A stretch of DNA of 64,000 bases from Proteromonas lacertae (taxonomy: Eukaryota): positions 1 through 64,000 of the forward strand of contig NGBS01000901.1 of NCBI GenBank assembly GCA_002245135.1, written 5' to 3'. Shown here in pieces: positions 38,952 to 52,940 of the stretch; position 1 is the stretch's first letter, and the number at the start of each line of letters is the position of its first letter. Made by a program: the position numbers and the translations under genes. Under the pieces are notes generated by a model. The model did not search any database and was not told where the DNA came from. It saw only the letters and a program-made list of their open reading frames with translations.

Positions 38952-39221
38952 TATCCATTAATAATATATAAACTTAACTCAAATCATTTTTTTTAACTGT
39001 TTTCTAATTTTAATACTTATTATTTATTATATACATTATATAACTTAATAAATATCTTATTAAATCAAATACAAAATCATATTCAATTCAATTTATTATT
39101 TATATAAAATAATAAAAACCTCAAAAAACAAAAACACAACAATGAAAAAATACATCATAAATATAACATAAACAAAATAATGTAATATATATAAATAAAA
39201 TAAATAATAATTAAATGTTAT

Positions 39222-40470
39222 TTACTTCATATTATACATATCACTTATTCTAATAAATAATTCCTTCAACCCATCTTCATTATAATTCATCTTACCACTT
39301 ATCATATAATAAATAATCTATAAAAATATAAAATAATGAATATATAAATATATATACAGTTAAAAAATCAATAGAATATTTCTTATTCATAAAGTAATTA
39401 ACCATATTATTATTATTATCATCATTTTTATTTCTATTGATAATTATTTCATATATTATCATTCCCATATTAACTATATCTTCTTTTATCATCAACTCAA
39501 TTTCATTTCTATTAATTAAATCAAACCTTTCACTCTCTAACTCCTTGAAAAATAATGATAATTTGTATATATTATTATGTAAATAAATTGTATCTTTTCT
39601 TACTTCATAGTAATAATATTTATTATTTCTTAAATAAATAATGGCTTTTAGAATATGTTTCATCATCCTTAATAATTCTTTTTCTGTAAATAATTCTTTC
39701 ATTTCATTGGATAAATAATATTTTAGACAAACATCACAAATCTCTTGTTCAATGTAAAGATTACTTCCTTCTTTCCAACATGTAAAATATTTAACAATAT
39801 GTTTATTGGGTGTTATATCAGACATCATCATTTCACTCATCAACTGTATCCTTCTGATGATTGAATCATTTTTTGATTTCTCTAATTTCACTTCTTTTAT
39901 AGTGTAATTCATACCATCAAAACGCTTTAAACATTTTGATAAGTTTCCATCTTCATATTGACCAATTACACTGATTTCTTCAAATTCGGTCATATATCTA
40001 CACTCATTAGCTACTAATGGTATTATTGCTGGTGACTGGGTTTCTAAGACATGGTTACGTCTTGCTGGTGTAGTGAATGGATTTGCATTGATTTTAAATG
40101 ACTTTGTGAGTGTATCATTCTCATTTAGATAGTCAAACTTAGACCCTCTTCGAAGAAAATATGGAGTTTTGGGGTTTGTTATACTGACCCTTCTTCTAGG
40201 CTTGGGAGATTGAGGATAGATGTAACTAGTGTCCATTTCTGAAGTATCTTCGATATTACTAAAGGATGGGTATTCCTCTTCCATCATTGAGTCTAATAAA
40301 CGAATATAAAATCATATTATTATACTTTCTGTGGATGAAATCTCTTGCTTCTGTAAAATCTATAAAATGAAATATTTAGAGCATACTTTTCTTCTTTTAG
40401 AAGAGGGCGATTCGTATTTAGGGTTGTTACTTACATAGCTGTCACTAATTGATACTTGTAATCGATCCAT
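39222..40470 (-). CDS. Wee1-like (pseudo)kinase
   Basis: NANPFTT, RYMTEFEEISVIG..KCLKRFDGMNYTIK, HIVKYFTCWKE..LYIEQEIC; HRD and DFG are degenerate. Confidence 0.7.
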
Positions 40471-40653
40471 TTTTGAAATGTTACAAACTATTTTGATGAA
40501 ATTAAATATTTAAGTTAGTATAACTCAATATATTAGATTTATCACGCTTTTGTTAATAGAATATGCTTCTATTAGGATATGTAGTTAAGAATAAATTTGA
40601 ATAATTGGGTTATTGTTAATTTATCTCTAAAATAGCACCGAATTTTTCAAAAA

Positions 40654-43555
40654 ATGATTTGCAGAGAATGGAATTTGACTGGAAGTTGTAAGTTTGGAAA
40701 TCAATGTCATTATTTACATAATGCCAAATCAGCAACAGTGCCCAAGTATTAAGATATGTTTAATTTGATTTTCATAGTGATTTTGCTAAACAACCTCAAA
40801 GAGGTGAAGAAGGTATTTGTATCAATTTTTTGAATAAAGGGTTCTGTAAATTTGGTGAAAGCTGTAAGTATAAACATGAAAGACGTTCAACTGATGTTTC
40901 TCATCAACAACCATTACCTACAAGGCAAAATCCACCAGTTGTAATAAATAATTATTATCAACAACTAAGAGGTGGTATTAGACTTCCACAATCACAACAG
41001 CCAATTCAAAACCAAGCACAAGTCTGTATTACGGATGTAGCTCCAAGAATATTCCCTCCTCCAATATGTGAAGAGTTTTTTTACACCTCAAATTGCCGAT
41101 ATGGTGAAAGATGTAGAGCTTTCCATATATCTGAAAGACAATTGATTGAAATAAATCAGAACAATAAAATAAGCCAAAGAAATGTGATGAGAAATGATCC
41201 AAGAGGAATGATGAGTAATAATCAATATAATCAACCACAACAATCTCCCCAACAGCAACAACAACATCAACCTCCCAAACAATATCAACAACATGTTAAT
41301 TATAACAAAGATACTCGTCAAAATGCAAAACAAACTCATTCTTTACCAAGTGCAACAATAAATCCAAATGAAATCATCAATTTCTATAAAGAAAAGTCAA
41401 TAGCAGAAATTAACAGTTTTACAGTGGATAATCTATCTAATTTTACACCAGATATTGAAGTACAAATAGCTACAGAGTTTTCAAATATAATTTCCAAAAT
41501 CGATTACCAACACAATAGTCATAGAGGTAATAATAATAATAATAATATGAAACAGAAGTTATTGGCTTATTATAACTTACTAAAACTATTAATTGGAAGA
41601 TATGGAATAGAATTCATAAATAAAATGAATTTTAGAAATATTCGATCTTTCTTGAGTAACTGCATAAATAGTGATATTGATATGAGTTATTCGACTGTTT
41701 TATATATTCAATTATTAGATAATATTCGAGTTAATCCAATGAAGATTGATAGTGAGAAGAGTGAAGAGGAGAATAGAAAGACTTGTGAGGAATATATAGA
41801 GAAATTTGGAAATAGATTATGTGGTATATATATTAATATTTTTATTTTTATCATTTTCTTTCTCTTTCTTATATATATATATATATATAGATGAATTTAA
41901 ATCTTATAATGATGCTACACGATATGCAGATCACTTCAAATTAGATAGTTTAAAACAACGAATCAGCTTAATGAAACTTATCAATAATCCACATATTCAA
42001 ATATATGAAATATATAAAGAATTAAAGAAATGCAATCAAAAGTTAAGAGAAAGGATTATAAATGAATTATTTAAAAAGAATGATTTTGGTGGTTATATAA
42101 GATTCTTTTCACATCTGTTTAATATTGAAAATAGTAAGGATTTTAGAAAATCTAATTATATTAATCAATATTTAAAAGTATATATATATAATTTATTTCT
42201 ATTTTGAATAGTTATCTGAAGATATTGAAGTTAAATTCATCTCCACAGTCGATGATATCAATACCGAAGTTCAATTATTCTCGTCTTTCCCTTCATCTAT
42301 GATTGTTGGATTTGATATGGAGTGGAAACCAGTAAGACAAGTTAATGTAAAAGAAGTACCATCCATACTTCAACTAGCAATCAATAAACATGTTGTAATT
42401 ATAGATTTATTAGAGATCAGTAAGAATAACTTATGTATATATATATATATTTATTTTTACTGTTATATTTATTGCGTTATAGTTGATTCTATTACTTCAT
42501 TGTTGAATGTTATTAGTGAAAAACATATATTAACTGGAAGTGGATTGGATGATGATATGAAAAAATTGAAAGCACTTATTCCATCAATTAAAGATAAGAA
42601 ATTCAATAGTATTGACTTCAACAAGCCAAATTTCTTAAATACTCTCAAAAAGTCGAATATAAAAATCAGTGGCAGTAGTTTACAGAATCTCTCCATCTCT
42701 TTAATTGGATGTAATTTAGATAAGAGTGAAACGATGAGTAATTGGGAAAATCGACCATTAACTGACAAACAGTTACAATATGCAGCTGTAGATGCTCATG
42801 TTGCATTGCACATCTGTGAAGAAGTATTTAAATTGAATGAAAGCATCAAGAATAGCTTGAAACTACCAGATAATGTAAAAGTGTTTGTCAATCAAGAAAA
42901 TGATGAAATAATTGAACATAAATGTTTGATTAGTGATAATGAAGAATATTCTTACAATGAAGAGATAATTGTTGATAACAGTAATACTCCTCCAATTCCT
43001 GATGAATTATTAGATTATTATGGTGAAAGTATTCCAAAGGAATGCTTTAAATATGTACCAGTAGATGAGAAACGTATGATTTTCGTAATTTATTTAAAAT
43101 AGTATATAATGAAAAGGGTATTGCATATTTAGCTCAATTACTATCAAAATATTTCAATGTTTCAAAGGAATGTGTTAGTAAGACTGAAATGTATAATATA
43201 AAAGTATATTATGTATAGTTGGGATGATAATGGAGCTATTCTCACTTGTATTAGTAAAATAGATGACAATGTCGAGACAATGGCAATATCAGCAGATTTC
43301 TCAAAACCAGCAGAAAAGATTAAAAAAGATGAATTGATTAAAAATGACTTAATCCCTTATAATCTACCAATATTGGATTTCTGTGATATAGAAAGTCAAA
43401 TTCTTATATCCGATTCTCTTACATTCAATAGGAATATGATTGTTTCTACTGGTTTTGATAATTGGTATATGAATATTGATTTGGACTATTTGATGGATTA
43501 TAATGCTGATATCTGTGTATTAGATAGTAGATATTTTGATAAGAAGAGATTTTAA
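40654..43555 (+). CDS. CCCH zinc-finger, DEDDy 3'-5' exonuclease (WRN/Mut-7-like), YbaK-like protein
   Basis: Three CCCH fingers (CREW..GSCKFGNQCHYLH etc.); IVGFDMEWKP, ILQLA, SNWENRPLTDKQLQYAAVDA; exons linked by short introns. Confidence 0.8.
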
Positions 43556-43652
43556 CATTATTATAGTAATATACAGTAATTTGCTTATCTAGAATTATAA
43601 TTATAAGTAACAACAACAATAACAATAATAATAGATAAAATAACAAAAATAT

Positions 43653-44492
43653 TTAAGATTGATTCTCTAGAAACGATATTGATTGTGATTTTATATAATT
43701 TTGGAATATTTGATATAATTCTTCACATCCTTCTTTAGCAAATGTTATTAAACTCTAATCAATAATAAAACATAGATTTTATAATACTTCTAATGAATCT
43801 AGTGGTAATCTAGAATTTAATTGCACGACTGAATATAAACCGGATTTTATTTGATATGCAATTGGCAGCACTGCGTTTTGTGATTTAACTTCCAAATGAT
43901 TTAAATCTAAAACTGGTGTTTTATTAATAAATCCAACTGTACATGACACTAGGAAATCTTTTAATGGAATTCCTGCATCTATAAGTGATAAGTTAACTGC
44001 ATTTATGGCTGCAGAGAGTTGACCTCCATCTGCTGACAATATCTGAATTGTTATAATTATTTCACATTGTGAGAAGAAGTCTGTAATTACTAGAGGTTTA
44101 AATGTCCTTTCTATTGTTTCTCCTATTTCTAAAAAGGCTGGTTCGTTCATTCGATGTACTTTCCTTTCTGAGGTTGCAAATGGTGCTTGAAATACTTCAC
44201 ATTTCATTGTTAAAGGATCGTTAAGATTTGAAGTAGAACGCATTCCTTTAAACTGTTTTGGACCTTTTCTATTGTTTGAATAATAATAACTTCAAAAATA
44301 TATACACTGTTGCTAGTACTATTGTATTTCCCATTTCTAAGTATGCACTACCATCGGCTGTTTTTATTAGTCCAAGTTTGCATCTAATCCTTCTCATTTC
44401 CTTAGGTCGACGACCATCTATTCTAAGACCATTTACACCTATATATTCTAATTTACTCTATTTACATCATTAGAAAATAAAGATTATACCAT
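43653..44492 (-). CDS. RRP41: Exosome component RRP41/EXOSC4
   Basis: GLRIDGRRPKEMR, ADGSAYLEMGNT, QAPFATSERK, QILSADGG, AVNLSLIDAGIP. Confidence 0.93.
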
Positions 44493-44533
44493 TTCAATTA
44501 TCAAGCCAAACCTCTATATTTTTTTTTATTACG

Positions 44534-47293
44534 ATGAAACTCATTCTATGCCTGATATTTATATGTTTAGTTATTGCAAAATACACTAGAAGTATATTAA
44601 TTATGTAATAAAGCTAATAGAAGAATGTAAGGAAGCTATTCAGTCATTTCATCGTTTTATAAAGGAAATTGAGCCAAAAGAATATCACACGTAGAAATGC
44701 CATATATTATATTATTTAGATTACATCCTTATTTTCCGAATTCTTTTGGTACTGTTTTAAATGCTTTATACTTTGCAAAATACAGTAAAGACACAACATT
44801 AATCATGATACAGAAGATAGAGAATTTCGATGTATCAATTGGAGGATGTATAAAAGACAAAATAACAAAATCAGAAAAATTAGTGTTTATGGAGTTATTC
44901 AAGAATTTTCTAAACTTCCCACGTCTTCCATCTGCTATTCAGAAGAAGTTGATGATATTTGCATACAACCTAGATCCTTCAGATATAGGAGTGAAATATG
45001 TAACAGGTATTTATCTCCGTCAAATGGATGAAGCAAAAATATCAACTGATTTGTTATTAGAAGTAGAGAAAGCATGATCCTGATTATAGAGAATTACAGT
45101 GTGAGCTAGGAATGTCAATACAAGCAGTATAAGTGTATTTATGTATAATTTCAATAGATTGGTGATTCAGGTCCAGCAATACCACATTATGAAAGATGTT
45201 TGAAAAATGTAACAGGAGATAGAAAATATCAAATTATGACAAACCTCGGCTTGGGTTATTTTGTATTTCTATAGTTAAAAATATATAATTGTAATATATA
45301 GCAAATTGGTGAAAGAAAGAAAGGATTAGATATAACACGTGAAGTATTAAAGAATAACTCGTCACCTAATACTTATGCTAATTTAATTAATTTATGTATA
45401 GAAGAACAGCTGTATGGAGAAGCAAATGATTTAATGAATGAAGCGCAGAGGTTATATATGAATGATCCAATATTAGATAATAGTTTGGTAAGACTAGAAA
45501 TTATTAATTCTGAATATGATAAAGCACAACTTACCTATGATAGAATGTATATATATATTTATGTATTTATATAGTATAAACCGAACAGATAGTAATGCAG
45601 TTCGTCTTTCAGCATTGTCTATGATTCCACAGGTTATGGAAAGTAATGAACAAATTAAAATGGTGAGAAATAATATTGAGGAGAAATTGACTGAATTAGA
45701 AAACAAACCCAAACAAGCTTTAAGGTATTAGATAAAATTTTCAATTTTTTTAATAGTACAACTTCAACTTCTGTTGATTTTGATAATATATTCTATCTGC
45801 CATACCATGGATATGATAATGATAAAGATATAATTGAAAGATTCAGTAATATTTACCACGACTTATTTCCTGAGTTCAATTATACTGCTCCATTCATTAA
45901 AGAAAATCCTAATTATTTACCAATGAAAGAATTAAACAGAAAAATCAAAATTGGATTTATATCTTCTTCATTTATTATTGATCATCCACATGCGTTGTTA
46001 TTATCAGTATGTTATATTCTATTATATTCAATTTATAGGGAATAATGAGATATTTACCTCGTTCACTTTATGATGTTCATATTTTCACATTCAAGAATTC
46101 AATTGACTTATCTAGTCAAGTAAAAAATACAAATTCTACGCTTCATTATTTAGTTGGTAATTTATATCCCTCGTTGCAGTTGTTTAATGAAATTAAATTA
46201 GACATTTTGGTATTCGCTGATATTTTTAGTACAAAAACAGTATATAATATAGCACAAACACGAGTAGCACAAATTCAGGTGTTATTCTGGGGTAATCCAG
46301 TAACATCAGGTTTAATAAACATGGATTTCTTCATAACCAATGAGCTAATGGAATGTCCTGACAAAATCTTATCTCATTACACAGAACAACCCATTCAATT
46401 AGGAGGTTCTGGAATTTGGTATGAAGACATCAAGCCTCCAAGCAAAATCATGTCGAAGACCGAACTTGGTTTGAAAGAAACGGATATATTATTTGTTTGT
46501 ATGCAAAGTAGTTATAAACTGCATCCTGACTTTGATTATGTATTTAAAAGTATATTAGAAAAGGTACCAAACAGTTACATTCTAATGATTCATGCGTATT
46601 ATATATATTTATAATTAATTATAATATTTAGACGAGTGAATCGTTCTAATGAAATAATTCAAAATAGAATACGTAATTATTTAGGTCCATTTTTATATAA
46701 AAGAGTTATCGTCAAAGAACGAGTTAGTGGTCAAAATCCTTTCATTTACTTAGCTTCAGCAGGTGATGTGGCATTGCATCCATTTCCCTTTGATGGTAGT
46801 AAGACATCATTGGATATGTTAATAGCTGGAGTTCCATATGTGACATTACCAACAGATTACTTAAGAGGAAGAATGGGGAAGGTATATTATCATATAATGG
46901 AATTAAATGAACTGTATATTTTATAATATATTAATTTATTTTTTAGAATTGCAAATAATGTTGAAGATTACATCACTAAGTCTATCAAATTAGCTTTAGA
47001 TAAACCTTACCATGACAAAATCGTTAAAATAATCAAAAGAAAACTACCACTTCTCACAAACAGGTTTGAGGTAGTTGATGAATGGAATACTTTCTTCTTA
47101 AGGATCATAGGAGTGCAAAATATATATAATGACACATTAATAGAGAATACAGTAGATGGATATTTAATTATGAATAATTATTCATTAGCTAATCAGTTTA
47201 TTAACGATGGATTAATGTTTTTACCATCTTCACCAAAGTTGCAGTTTTATAAAGGATTAATTCATATTGTAACGAGTGATAGATATAGTATAT

Positions 47294-47330
<37 letters not shown>

Positions 47331-48712
47331 TGCTGAAAAGAGGCTATTAGAATCATTAGATTTAGAACATAATTATTCTCGAGCTTTGACTTGGTATATT
47401 GCTTATTTACTCCATAATGAATTATATGATGAGTTTATAAATTACATTCAAAAATTAGAAAATAAAAATTCAACAACATCAATTGGTTATATTAACATAT
47501 TAACCGTTATAAATTATTTAAATGACATACCTACAGCATATGAGAATATATTGAAATATACCCCTCTGAATGATGTTCATAGAGACTTTATACCATTTAT
47601 ATTGTGTTTTATACAAGTAGATAATTATCCATCATACTTTGTATATATATATATATATATATTATATTTTATTTAATTTAATAGAATCTATATTATGAAC
47701 ATATCAAAAAGACATTACTTCCTTCAGTATATTCCAATTTAGACTTTAATATGATTTACAATTGGTTTGATAAGAAACCATTATTGACAAATCTATTGAT
47801 TGGATTATTAGAAAGAATAAAAAGTATATATATATATATATAATATTAATAATATAAAAATGAATAGAAAACTTAAACTGTAATTATGACTTTCTTCATT
47901 TACCTCCTCCTTCAATCTTATCAAATAGTATTTCACCACCTAAACAGCCATCTTTTCATTTAATAATCTATTTTGATTTGTTATATAACAATAAACAATC
48001 GAATGAATATAGTGTAGCGTTTGAACACAATGTAAAGAATCAGTTTATTTCACATATTCATGTTTTAACTGATAATTTGTACAACTTTTCAACTTTTGAG
48101 AAATATTCGGAAGAACATTTTGGATATAATAAAATCATACAAGTATATATATATATATTATTATTATTATTATTATTATTATATTAGACTATTCTTCCAC
48201 ACAAACCAACTTATTTCGATATTCTTCAATATATGAATAATTACACTTTAATCAATCATCAAATGCAAATGATCTTTATTACCTCTCAACCTGATGTTTA
48301 TTTTGACACTTCACTAGGCTCAATCTTTGGTACAGATTTGAATAATACTATTTATTCACTTTTGCCTTGGCAATATAAATCACAAAATGTTACTACAATG
48401 GAAGTGAAAATTGATGATTTTTCTGCATTTGTAGTTGCTGCTCCATTTTCAGATTTAGAGAAGGATATGTTTAAGTTAAAGTCAATGAAATGTGCTGAAC
48501 CAGGAGTTATTCAAGCTGTTTTGCAATATTTTGAAAATGAGAGAAAATTTAGAATTATTAACCCTTCTTTACAGATTATTGCTCATCATTTACATTTGAA
48601 TCAAGAAGCACTGTTGTATTATAATATGAATGAGAAATTGAAGTTTACGAGGTATTATAAATTGAGTAAGATAAATTCAACTTATTTGAGTCAAGTAGTT
48701 GTTAAAGAATAA
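44534..48712 (+). CDS. Signal-peptide, TPR and GT41 (OGT/SPINDLY-like) glycosyltransferase with C-terminal extension
   Basis: KIKIGFISS..DHPH, LDILVFADI, RVAQIQVLFWGNPVTSG..MDFFI, SSYKLHPDFD, PFPFDGSKTSLD..GVPYVT..LRGR; 1-nt frameshift near 45070. Confidence 0.8.
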
Positions 48713-48860
48713 GAAATGATTTATTTTATTGTTTTTGTAGTTTAATTAATTAAAAAAAAACAATTATTAAACATTAAATTATTAATCATATTTACATATA
48801 ATATCTAATATCTTATTTATTTTACAAAATTTTTATTAATACATACACCTTACATATTAA

Positions 48861-49774
48861 TTACACTTCTATAACTCCATCTACAATCAATAACTCTTCA
48901 TTCTCTTTCTTCTTCTTCACTGATCTTACATATCTTATTATCACTGCTAATATTGATATAGTCAATATAAATCCCAATATATATATTGCACACACTGATA
49001 TATCACATTCTACTTCTCTATCTTCATCTGTTACTAGTTTTGGCTCTTCTTCAAACTCTATTATACTTTCTGATGTGAATAAAGGGTTATTATCTTTCCT
49101 TTTATCCCATTTATATCCTTCTTTGTTATCTTCACAGAAATATATCAGTTTGGTATGTTGACATGTTGTTTGGTGTGATGGAACTAATACTTCATGACAG
49201 TAATATTTGGGTAAAATAAAAACTTGTTTAAATTCGAAATTCTTACAAACTTCTAATACATCGATTCTGTCTATTGAAGTGCGATATTCTGAACAATATC
49301 TTTTAAAAGCAAAACTTTCATTTGTCAAAGGAACGAAAGATAGATTTAGTAATTTTAATCTAATCATCCAATTGACATCTATATATATGTATATTTTAGG
49401 TAAAGTAATACCATCATTAATTCCAGGTGATGCCAAATCATACACACCTTCTAGTTGACCATATGGCTGTGATTTACATTCTTTATCGTTAAATCTCCTT
49501 AATTCAACTCTTACAAGCACTTTATCAATACTGTAACCATAAAATGTATATTCGATCCCATCTAGAAAATAGTCTTACCTAAAAATACTTGTGCAGTTTG
49601 ATATGGAGTTTACAAAACCATAAAAATTAATATCTTTGTATGGTCTTACACTTGGACTTCCTACATCTTCAGTTTTGAATGTAGCACAGTTTACAAAACA
49701 TATTACAACCTATTTAAGAATAAATAAATGCTCACTGATATAAATAATACACAAAAGATGCTAAAAATCCTCAT
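48861..49774 (-). CDS. Hypothetical type I membrane protein
   Basis: Signal peptide MRIFSIFCVLFIS; C-terminal TM followed by KKKK; short introns. Confidence 0.6.
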
Positions 49775-49861
49775 AATTATCGACTTTTTTGATGAAATAA
49801 ACAATTCAAAAACACACAAAACGAATATATATTTTTTATACTTAAAACGATTTTTGTATAA

Positions 49862-52002
49862 ATGGATGGTGAATTCTACACTCAATATGGTAAACCTATT
49901 CCTTATGGTGTGACATATGATAATAATGGATTTAATTTTGCAGTGTATGTAAAAAAGAATATAATATGCTTAGTTTTGTCTCAGGAGCAGATTACGTATT
50001 ATTACAGATTTACTTTGATCCAAACTCTGAACCATATATATTTCCTATGTTTTCAACTGTATGATTTTCACTTTTTATTGTTGTAATAGGGTTCTGTATA
50101 TCATGTATGGGTTAATTTGCAAAATATAAATAAATTTCAATACAATTTTCAAATTTCAAGGAATAATATCATTTATGAGTTAGCTGATCCATATTGTAAT
50201 GTATCACCAAGACCTAATGAATGGGGTAATTCTCAATATTTAAACAGATCACTGTTTGTTCAGCGAGTTAATATAGATTGGGAAAATGACCAGCCTCCTA
50301 ACCTTAACTATAATGATTTGATAATATATGAAATGCATGTTGTATACATATTAATAATTTTCTATTTACTTGTAGAGAGGCTTTACAATGGAAGATAATT
50401 CAATTCCTTATCATCATAGAGGTACATTTCAAGGAATAATCGATAAAATTGATTATTTAAAATACTTAGGAATAACAGCAATTGAATTATTACCAATATT
50501 CGATTTTAATGAAAATGAAGGTGGAAAAGAGTTGAAGAATTACTGGGGATATCAACCAATCAATTTCTTTTCTTTACATAATGCATATTGTTCAGTAGGT
50601 GAAGATGGATGTATATTGGAATTTCAAAATATGGTAAAAATATTACATCAAAATAGTATTTTTTTTTCATATCTTTATTTTTATATATTTTATAGATATT
50701 GAAGTAATATTAGATGTAGTATATAATCACACAGGATATGATTGTTCATTATTAGGATTAGCTCCAAAACAATATTATATAGTAAAAGAAGAAGAAAAAA
50801 CTGGTAATTTTCACCATTTAGATTTCTCAGGTTGTGGAAATACAGTAAATTGTAATCATCCTATAACAAAGGAGTTAATAATGAATTCATTAAGATATTG
50901 GGTAATTAATATGCATGTAGATGGATTTAGATTTGATGAAGGAACAATATTATTGAGAAATTTAGAAGGAAATGAATATAATGATATAAATAATTCTCCA
51001 ATCATTGAAGAGATAAGTTTAGATCCAATTTTACAGAATATAAAGTTAATATTAGAACCATGGGATGCAGGTGGTTTATTTAAAGAAGGATGTTTGAAAT
51101 ATAATAATCGTTGGATGGATTGGAATGGCAATTTTAGAGATGATATTAGACAATTTATAGTGAAGAATGAAAAAGATTATCATAAGATATTTGCTAGTAG
51201 AATTGGTGGTTCTAAAGATATTTATGGTTCTAGTTTAAGTCCTCATCATAGTATCAATTTTGTTACTTGTCATGATGGTTTTTCAATGATGGATCTATTA
51301 TGTTATAATACAAAACACAATGAAATGAATCTTGAGAATAATAGAGATGGAAGTGATAATAATTACAGTGACAATAATGGAGTAGAAGGAGTAGAAGAAA
51401 ATGAAAGAAACAATGAAATATTAAGTATGAGATTATGTAAAATGAAGAATCTATTTATCGGATTATTATTAAGTAGAGGAGTTGTTATGATTAAAATGGG
51501 AGATGAATATTGTCATACACATTATGGAAATAATAATCCTTACAATCAAGATAATTATATTAATTATTTCCATTGGGATTTAATTAATAATAATAATAAT
51601 AATTACAATAAAGAGATGATTAATTTTGTAAGAAAATTGATTAAATTTCGTAAAGAGAATAGTGCTATTCATTTAGATGAATTTGTAAGTATTAATGATA
51701 TTGAATGGTATAATAAAAAAGGTGAAAATACAATTTATTGGGATAATGAAGATAATAGCTTTTTATCTTTTAGTTATAAAGATAGTAATAAAAAAAAGTG
51801 TTATTATGTTGCTTTTAATAATAAAAAAGAAAGTGATACAATAGTTCTTCCAGAACATATGTACGGTGATGTTTGGTTTAGATACATTGATAGTTGTTTG
51901 CCATTTGGATATGATATTAATGAAGAAATGAATGAATATGTTACAGATGAATATGAAATGAATGGATATAGTTCTATTGTTTTAATTTCAATTGGTAAAT
52001 AG
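49862..52002 (+). CDS. Isoamylase / GlgX-type glycogen debranching enzyme (GH13)
   Basis: GKPIPYG..GFNFAV, IIYEMHV, LGITAIELLPI, NYWGY, DVVYNHT, SGCGNT, HVDGFRFD, EPWD, INFVTCHDGF, MGDEY..GNNNPY. Confidence 0.92.
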
Positions 52003-52045
52003 AATAGAATATAGATTAAATAATAAGAATATATTAACTGTTGGC

Positions 52046-52906
52046 TTATTTATGTAATTTATTAATCACCATCTCAGCTTCTCTTTCTTTCTTTTTTAAA
52101 TATATAATTGGTTGTTCTAAAATTTCATTCTTTCTTAGTTCTGAAAGTATTGATTTTAATTTTATTTCTCCATCATTTATTTTGCCTTGACAAGATGATC
52201 TATTTGATAATATATATAACCAATAATCAATAATAATACATCGCATTTTTAGCTTTTTCCTTTATATTATCTATAATTCTTACTTTTCTATTTCTTTCAA
52301 TTATTTTACTCTCTTTTTTAAATAAGTCATTAAAAAATTTTACCACTCTATCATTCTGCAAATCTTCTTGTGAATAATATCTAACATGATTAACAATAGT
52401 TGTTATAATATCAACACAATCATTGATTATTATTTCATCATCTTCATTACATAAGTCACAAAGTAAGGAATATACTATTGTAAAAGAATTAAACGGCAAT
52501 AAACTTAAATCTTTATATTTTTTATCTAACTGATTGTGCTTGTAGTATTTGATCTTATTTTTCATATCACCATTATTTCTATTACTCACTATATAAAAAA
52601 GATTCCTCACAATTTTATTTGATAATATATTTCCTTGAGATATTAGATCACTGCATTTCCTATCATAACTTTTACTCTATTTTATATTATTATAACATAA
52701 TTACATACCATCACTTCTACAACTGATTTGTATGAAAAATCAATAATTGATGATTCATCTGATTCTTTTTCCTTTTTAATTTCTTCTAGTATAAATGAAA
52801 ATGCAGATTGATAGAGTGAAGAAGATGGAATTTCGAAATTTTCATCCATCACATATTCCATTGATTCATCAACATAACTCTATTATCATTACAATAACAT
52901 TAATAT

Positions 52907-52940
<34 letters not shown>

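Noticed and set aside
45060..45080. Frame break in the GT41 gene as programmed frameshifting
   Set aside because: A single extra A with no slippery or structural signal. Several similar 1-nt breaks in the window favour assembly indels or decay.
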